Made by a program: the position numbers and the translations under genes. Positions 52,201-61,200 of a stretch of DNA of 64,000 nucleotides are shown here, piece after piece. Every line of letters begins with the position of its first letter. Position 1 is the first letter of the stretch. The DNA is taken from NCBI GenBank assembly GCA_028023455.1, contig JAQFVV010000010.1:10416001-10480000 (forward strand), read 5' to 3'. Source of the stretch: Epiperipatus broadwayi. Its lineage: Eukaryota; Animalia; Onychophora. Under the pieces are notes generated by a model. It saw only the letters and a list, made by a program, of their open reading frames with translations. It did not search any database and had not been told where the DNA came from.

Positions 52201-55200
52201 ACCTTCTTGCATCTTGATTACACTGTTTTGCCCTGGGTGGCACTACTGTATGAAAAGTTTTGCCCCTGATATAGTTGATAGTCCATAATACTTGGAGAAA
52301 ATTACAAGTAGCCCTTGCCCTGCAATAGTCTTCCTGTATTAAATGTGCAAAATAATGCAATAGTAATTAATATTGACATTTAATAAAAGTGAGAAAGAAG
52401 ATATTAGAAATTCAGATGTATCAATCTTTTATCAGTTTAATATAATATTTTTACTATGGTAATTATATTTTGTCTACAGTGAACTTTAGGCTCAAATTTA
52501 TTAAAAGTACAAACTGCATTTAAAAGTTGTTTTAGCACAGTGGATCGCATCTAAGTATTGAGAGAAATTATAGAAAGGATCGATGAATATGAGTTACCAT
52601 CATGCTTTGGATTTATAAATTATGAAAAGACATTCAATTTTAATAACATTTCCACAATGATTAAAGCTTTGGATGATCAACATATGGCCAATAACAGTGA
52701 TTAGATTTATATGATGACACTAAGATTATCATTGATTCAGGTAAATGACAGGATAACTCCATATCTCCAAAACTTTTTACAGTAGTTTTACTAAAATATT
52801 TTGTGAATTAAAATGGGAAGCTAAGGGAATAAAAATGTATGAATCTTATTATTTAGATTCTACAGATGTAGTTTTTTTTGCAAATAATACATAAGTATTT
52901 CAGGAAATATTGCAATAGTTAAAAGATGAAAGTAAGAAAATAGGTCTAAAGATAAATGCTAAAAAGACTAAAGTAATGTTTAATAGATTTTCGCAGAAGA
53001 AAATTAGAATGATAATAAGATTATTAGTACAGATTGTATCATAATGGATGAAATTAATTATCTGAGACTTGGACACATAATAAAAGATCAATACAGAGAT
53101 CATTCAATGAAGTATAGAGATATATATTGTAACGGTATAAAATATGTCGTTACATTAATTTAAGATTAAAATAAAAACTAAGTTCGTAAATAAAAACTAA
53201 AAGCTAAAAAATTAAAGAGTTGTTAAACGTGTATATGTATATATATTCGCACAGATGCAAAACTTTAAAAATTATTTTCTTTTTTAAAAAAAAAATATAT
53301 ATTTGAACGTACTTTTTTTTAAAAAAAGTACAAGATCTAAAGATAAAATATTTTTGTAAATGGAAATGATTGTTTTATAAATTAATTGAAAAGCAAACTA
53401 GCCCTTGGGGCTCTTATAGAAAAAAAGGTCAGTTGAAAGATATAGATAAGAGAATAAAAAATAAATCAGATGTCCAATATAGAAGCAGCAATGGAGGCCC
53501 GGACCATAATGGAAATTATTGCAACAAGAAACGATGTTCAGTGAATCCGGAGGAGTACTATAAAAGGAAAAATATTGAAATTAAGTGGAGTTCCAGCTTG
53601 ATTTTTGTGAGAAGAGCGATAAGACGCACTTGTTGCTCTCTCTCACTTATTTCAAATAAAATGACTGTAATACCAGGATTGAAACAGCTTAGGCCTCCTC
53701 CAGAACAACAGACCGGACTTCAAATAGAGACGTCGCGGGAATTGTCACCAGGAACCGTGATTCTCCTTCTGTAAGCCATGAACTATAAAATTTAAAAATA
53801 ATTAAAAACTTTCGTTCAAGTTTTTAATATTCAGAACCTAAAATGAACTCTTATCTGACTTTCAAATTGATAATTAATGTTTAGATTTTATACATTTAAG
53901 TTTAAAAAAAAAAAATCATTTCCATTTTTATTTTTTTTTATTTCTATTAATATTTATTTGTATAAATTATTTAAATGCATTAAATTTAAGTTGAGTATTG
54001 ACGCTTGCATAGATTCGTTCACGTTTAATTATGTTTTTGTTTTCATATTTGATTAAAATATATAGACATTCGGTAAATAATGATATCTTACGTTGAATAT
54101 CTAAAATGTATTTATTCGGATGTCTTTTTAGTTATTGGTGTCAATGCGGCATCTTATGAATGCCATTGGGTTTCTTGTGAATTCCCTCTGCAATTACATC
54201 AATGACTTTATATTTTGATCATTTATGTTTATTTTGAAATGTTATTGAGCGTGTAATCTATGTAGTCGATCTATGTTCAACATTAAAAAACAAACTTCTA
54301 TAAATCCATCTGTGCGAACTTAGATAAATGTTAAATTTAAGTCGGGCATGAATGGCTATATAGATTTGTAAAGTTATATTAATTAATTAGGGGAGGTTAA
54401 TCTTAGGTTATTTGTTTCTTAGTTAAATTAGGTCAATGGATTGGATATATTGGTGTAATTAGTAGATGTAGTATGAGGTTCGCTACGGGCAGGATCTCCA
54501 TTATACGCCGCACACCCCTTTTTGCCTATGGAAGGGTATAGTAAGACAGAAAACGCAGTCCCTTCATATGGAGATTTTTTTTTTTGTTCTTCTTGCCGAC
54601 AGATGTAGCATTCCTGTTTGGTTGAGAGTCAATGTCTTCTCTAACTAAGCTGTTCAGATGTACATTCCTGACAGTATGGTATTTTGTGCTGTTGTATTTT
54701 TATGCTACATTGAATACATCAATGTATCAGATGGATTGACGCTGGTTTGACTGCGAACTTTTGGCCTAAGGTTAAATAAGGGATAGAATATTTTCTTTTC
54801 AAATGCAAATCTATGTAGTTTATTCATACTCGACAATCTTAAAATAAATATAAAATTCATCTGTGTGGATGATTTAAAATCTTAAAATAATAATTTAAAT
54901 TAAAAGAATATTAAAATCTAAAATAATAAACGTTATTCCTCAAATTTTAAAATGATTATATATGTGCGTAAATAAATGTTGTTGTGTGTTAATTACTGGC
55001 AGTGGCTTTTATCTTTTTATATTTAAGATACAAATTAAACAAGTTATATATATTATCCCTGCGTCTCCACTGAGCTAATGACTTGGGCTAACGGTCTAAA
55101 TATAAAATAAAGTGGGATCTTAACAGCGCATATCTGCCTACTCTATAAATTTTCCAGGTTGAAATAACCTGGTGGCGCCTTGTAGTGCAGATTACGGTAA

Positions 55201-58200
55201 GACTGGGATTCCACTTCATTTCGGATCGTTATAATATATTGCGACTAATAAGAAAGGATCAAAAGTGAAATACTTGGATGAGAGAACAAACAGATATTAT
55301 TGACTTCATTGAAAGAATATATTAGAAGGTCTGATAACAAATGGACTGAAAGGATAAAATAATGAAGTTTCCTGATGTGATGTGGAGAAAGAAGGTTTAG
55401 TTGAAAATTTGTTGAATTCTGATAAATATCTTTTGATAATGCAATGATCTAATATGTATATATTTATTAAGGTGGTGTTGTTGTTTTTTTCAATATATAA
55501 ATTTAATTGCTAATGTAGGATTTTTTTTTTCTAGTGGAAATGTTTAGGAAGACTTATTTATCAAAGCTGTGAAAACTATTCCTTGTCCGTGGTTAAAGAT
55601 GAAAATTTCTATGTAAGAATTGTTTAAATCTTTATTTATTTTCCTCTTCGTTGCAAATTTATTTATGTTTTCAGTAATTGTTGTTAAAACAAGGTTACTT
55701 ACAATTTTATATATATATATATGTTTTATTTATATATTCAAGCAGAAATAGTTCATTACAAATAACTTTTTTTTTTTACTTTTTGATTTTTCTTTTATAT
55801 AAATGGGTGGAGGGAAGAGGGTATATTATAACTGTCTTCTGACTTTGCTTATGAACATACATTTATGTACCCATCATTTTATTAATGCTTGAGAATAAAA
55901 ATTTTGCATGATATATTTAAATTTTAAGGGAAAATGTTTTTTTTTTCCTGATTAATTTTTTTTTTAATTAAAATATTACAGTCAATCTTTAACTTTTTTA
56001 TTTTTTATTGTAGTTGAAAGAAACAATAATTTCAAATTTAAAACAAGCTAATAAAGTTTGCTTAAAAAAAGATGAAAATGATAGTAAGTAAAATGTTTTC
56101 TTACTAAAATATAAAATTATATTTTTTTATTATTATTATATATATGTAATAGTTTTAATGTTTTTGAATAATCCCATATTTTTGGTTTCTTCTTCTTTAA
56201 TTTCTTCTCACTTGGCTAGCTGTTGCTGTAATTACAATTTGACAATTTTAGTTTCGTATGTGATAGTCTGCAAAGAACTGTGTCCTATTTAAGAGCAAAA
56301 GTATTGGCTTACATAAACAATGAGGTTTGCCAATTTTTCAACAAGCTTTGTGATAAATGCTTAGCCAGAACCAGCACTTAAAATATCTCTGTCAGGAACC
56401 CTCCCAAACCCCTGACTATGGTTTCGTTCCTGACAGAGATATTTTAAGTGCTGGCTCTGGCTAAGCATTTATCACAACGCTTGTTGAGGAATTGGCAAAC
56501 CTCATTGTTTATAACTTACAAGCTTAAGAGATAGGGGTCATGTGATCTATGACTCTTAATTTGACTATTGGCTTACATATTTCTAAAAAGCATTGCATAT
56601 TACAGTCTCCATCTAAAAATGCCAATATGGTCACTAGGAATGAATTAGATAAAGATCGATGCGGTTATATGATGTAAAAAATAATAAGAATTATTAAAAA
56701 AAATTATAATTAAATATAAATGAAGATCTGTTCAGTCCTTTAAGTAGTGCATTTAAAAAAAAAAATTCTGTTGAGATTAATAAAAATATCAGTAAAAGAA
56801 TGTTTATATATAGAGAGAGAAAAATTAACACAATCTAATAATAATTTTTATTTAGAATTAAGAAAAAAAAAATTTCATTTTCAAAATAATTTTTAATAGA
56901 AATTACTTATTAATGTCAAACTAAGAATTAAACAAGCAAAATAAAAAATTGTCGAAGGAATTTTAAATATTTAAATTTGAAATAATTGTTTATATTGGTC
57001 AATTCTATTTTCATTCATTACTAAAATAAGTTTATTAGAACATGGGATTGCAATTGAAATTTCATCTTAAAATTTCAAATTACAATATTATATTAATTAA
57101 TCATAATTTAATTTAATTAACATGTTTTTTGTTATCTTCATATTTGATTGTCTATTTTCTGTATTTCATTTGATTGTTTTTTAATTTGCCAACTTTTAAA
57201 TTCTACCTAAAAATTACTTTATCAACAATATTATTAAAGAAAAAACTTTAGACTGAAAGATGATTAAAAGATGATTAAAATATATTGAGCATATGTATAT
57301 ATCTTTGTTTTTTAACAATATAATATATAAAAATCAAATATAAATAAATTTCTTTCATAGCTAGGAAAAAAATACTTTAATTATCAAAAAGCTTAACTAT
57401 CATTAAGGATTAATATTCTTTGATCTGTTTTATACCAATTATGTTATTATTGCAATTGTTTCTAAGATATGTTAGCTCACATATTAGACAATCTTTAATC
57501 TTTTGGGATTTTAGATGGTAAGCTAGTAATCACAACTTTATTCAAATCTATAATTCTACTTACTGTTAAAAATTTATGTAGATAATAAATGTTCTATTAA
57601 ATCTTAGTTAGCAGTAATTTGTCAATACATTAATAAAATAATAATAATTGAATGATTTTATTGCTTAGGAATTAGAAGAGACAGATTTGAATGCAATCCA
57701 TAAACTTTTAAGTTCCAGAATCTACCATTGGCAAACATTGTTTTTACCAAAAAAAATTAAATAAATTAAATTTTTTATTTAAATAATTTTTTTGTTAATT
57801 TTAAAAACATTTAAATAAATAAATAAAACAGATTTACACATTTCTTTTTTGGTATATCAATTCATACTAAAGGATTTATCATAAGTATATATGCATAGTC
57901 ATTAAAAAAAGCATTTACTTAACAAATCATTACAATATTCTATACTTAGCACCTACTATATGATTATTCTTATATTTTTTATAATGTATTTGCATATTAA
58001 AATTTCTTATATAAATGATATCATTATATTTTTTTTTTAAAAAAATTTAAGAAATATTGTGACTTTATTATAAATATTTTATTTTATTTGCATATACTAT
58101 AGAAAACTTATCAAGATTTCAAGTGGAACTTCTCTCAGTTATATATAATTATCATGTAAGTAATTAGTAAACTACAAACAAAGAATGAAAATGATTGTGT

Positions 58201-61200
58201 AAAATATTTGAAATGTGTTTGTTATTTTATTGTCACTTTTATTACCTTGTTCTGCATGTCATTTCTATAATATTGATATTACAAATGTTTTTATAAATTT
58301 TATTGTCTCAAAAAGATGTCTCTAAAATGTTTTGACTGAATTCTTATTTATATGGAATAGAAGAAATGAAAAGGAATTGAAGATTTCTGAGAAAAAAAGG
58401 AATTGATTTTGATATATTTTTAAAATAAAGAAATAACTCATTTATGTCTTCCATACTAATTAAAAAATTTATAAACTACTCAAATAGATCCAAATTAAAG
58501 TAATATATATATCTGTGTGTGTATGCATGTGCTAAAATTAAAGTTTTATATGAATTTAATAATTTAACAATAGTCTTAATTGTATGTACATGAATAAATA
58601 TTTTTTACATTGTAATTTTAAGTGAATTTAAAAATATTGTCTTATCATTGGAAAAATTATCAATTCCTAAGTTGTTTTACACATCTGTAGATTTGAATAG
58701 TTTGCTTATTTTTTATTAATATGGAATGGTTCAGCTCTAAGGATTTAGTTGTTATTATTTTAATTTTTTCATATCTGGTTTTAGCATTTTTTCTAAAATT
58801 TAATATTGCTTTGCACAGTGCCCTCCCATATTTGTGCATGTCCTTATCTGCAATTAATAAAAATATAGTAAATAAAAAATAAATATATAATAATTTTTTT
58901 TGTATTTTAATTTTTTGATCACAATTCATGTACAGCATATAGTCACATCTACATATGTGTGTGTTATTTATGTTTTCAACGTGTATATACCTATGTACAT
59001 ACAGCTACATGCATGTGTGCTAAAATCATAATATGGGTCACTATCCTTAGGATGAATATGTAATGGTGATTGTTACTTTAGTTAAAATTGAGATAGGAAA
59101 ATAGCTTCACTAATAAAAAGCAAAGAAATGAAGAACAGATGGAAAATAAAAAAAATTTAAGGGAAATTGACAGCAAGAAGATTTATTTTGTAAAAAATTA
59201 TGAAATGAAAATAAAGTAATAGTGATTTATTACTAGAGTATAGACACTTACCAAGGATATGAGTAAGAAATTTATGGGAAAATCCATATAAATTAAGTGG
59301 ATATAAACAAAATAGGTTTTTGGCTTTTATGATTATTGATTGAATAAAAGTATTGTTCATTTTAAAGTCAAAGTTATTGAATGGATGAAGTTAATTATAA
59401 ATAAGATAATCAAATTGTTTTATTGCTTAAGAGTTAATAAGAAGTTCAAACACTGGAATGCCGGAACTGGAATCTATTCTAGGACTTTGCACTCTAGAGT
59501 CTGATCCTCTACCACTGGACTTACTGATATAGGGCAAAATAATGATGTAGAAATAAGATAGAGTATAAATAGATTTGAAGCTTTAGAAGAATGGAGATTA
59601 GAAAATTATGAAGTGAGAATTATTCTCTTATTCTTCTCCTTCACTTTCTTTGCATATCTTCATATAATTATATATATTGATTATAACACTTTATTCATAT
59701 ACACGTTAATGCAACAAATTTTCTTAAAAACTTCTTTATTTTCTTATGGTTTTGACTGTCCAGCAGTCTTCATCAGAGGAATAATTACGTTGTTGGTCTG
59801 TTGTAATTATTCCTCTGATGAAGACTACTGGACAGTCGAAACCATAAGAAAATAAAGAAGTTTTTAAGGAAATTTGTTGCATTAATGTGTATATGAATAG
59901 AGTAGAATTATGATGGCTAACAAATTTATTTGGCTTTTTGGCTCAGTGCTTACAGACTTAAAAAAAAATCAATCATCAATTCATTTTTTAAAGAAGCATT
60001 AAAGGGAAAATATAATAATAATACTGTAATTTGTTTGATAATTATTTTTGTGCATTAACATGTTTCATGTATTGCAAAGCAAAAATAACATATTTTATTT
60101 TGTATAGAAAAATTCTGCTAGATATATTTTGATTAATTAATTCATGTATTTTATCTGCAGTTTTCATTCCATTTCTTCATTTGTTTTATCTTAATTGAAG
60201 TTTCTTATCAGAAAGATTATCATAAAACTCGTTATTGGTTCATTCTAATAGCAAAGATATGATTTTGATTTGTAAAAAGAAAGAAAAATTGATCTTAAAA
60301 GTTATGAAAATTTTAAGATTGCAGGAGATAGAAAAAAAATTAAAAGAAATGGTCTGTAATTAGGCTGATGAATTCAAATGATAATGCTGATATTTTTAGC
60401 AAATTTTGAATTAATTTTTTCTATTATGTGATTACTTTTTTCATTCTTATAATATTCATAATTAATCACTAATGATTCCACTTCCACAAATTTCATTTTT
60501 ATGTACATATAATTTATTGAAATTAAAATATATAGTCTACTTGTTTTGTTATATGTCGAGGGTGTGGCCAAACTTCATGTCTATAAGAGCCACATGTTAA
60601 AAGTGAGATATTATTTAAAAGCCACAATTAAATTTTTGAAGTATTCAACAGAAGCAAATATTGGACTTATAATTTTCTGATAAGTTCAAACAATGTATTA
60701 TATTTTTAGGAAACTAACGATAAAGGCATCGAAGGTGTTAATGTAACATTAAAAAATTGTCACTCCAAAAAAATAAAGCATGTATGGTTAATATAAGTAC
60801 ATCATGCTAATATAAATTATATCATGATTTTATTTCAGAAACTTTGTGATAGCCACGTGTGACTCACAAGCCACAGTTTAGCCATGGTGGTTGTCTAATA
60901 TTCAAAATAATTTATTTTATACCTTTCAGGGTGCTTGTATTATAGATAAAGATGCCGTTGGATGGCGCTGTTTTCATGCTAAAACTATAAAATATGAACA
61001 TTCACGGGCCGTTGATTTTAATAATTTTTCTGTTTGTAATGCGAAAATAAAAACAAAACAAAATCAACTTTTTTACATATTATTTTTTATTAACGTATAC
61101 AATAATAAATCGTCTTTTTTGAATATTATTTTTTATTAACGTATACAATAATAGTAAACAAATTACTATTTGATACATCTATTTATTAGAAAAATTAATT

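Larger units (their letters stand above)
51737..52270. mobile_element. HHR repeat family A, locus 3: minus block to about 52070 plus sense block; extra fragment at 51426-51490
   Basis: HHRs at 51895-51931(-) and 52119-52160(+). Flanks ATAATTGATATTC (51724-51736) / ATAGTTGATAGTC (52271-52283). Confidence 0.85.

Noticed and set aside
55170-55192. GGTGGCGC...TGTAGT resembling the SRP RNA Alu domain
   Set aside because: The match is short and gapped, with no downstream SRP sequence.
57669-57770. Exon-like stretch [11 protein letters not shown]... after a TTAG acceptor
   Set aside because: No usable GT donor, and the UTP25 model is already phase-complete without it.
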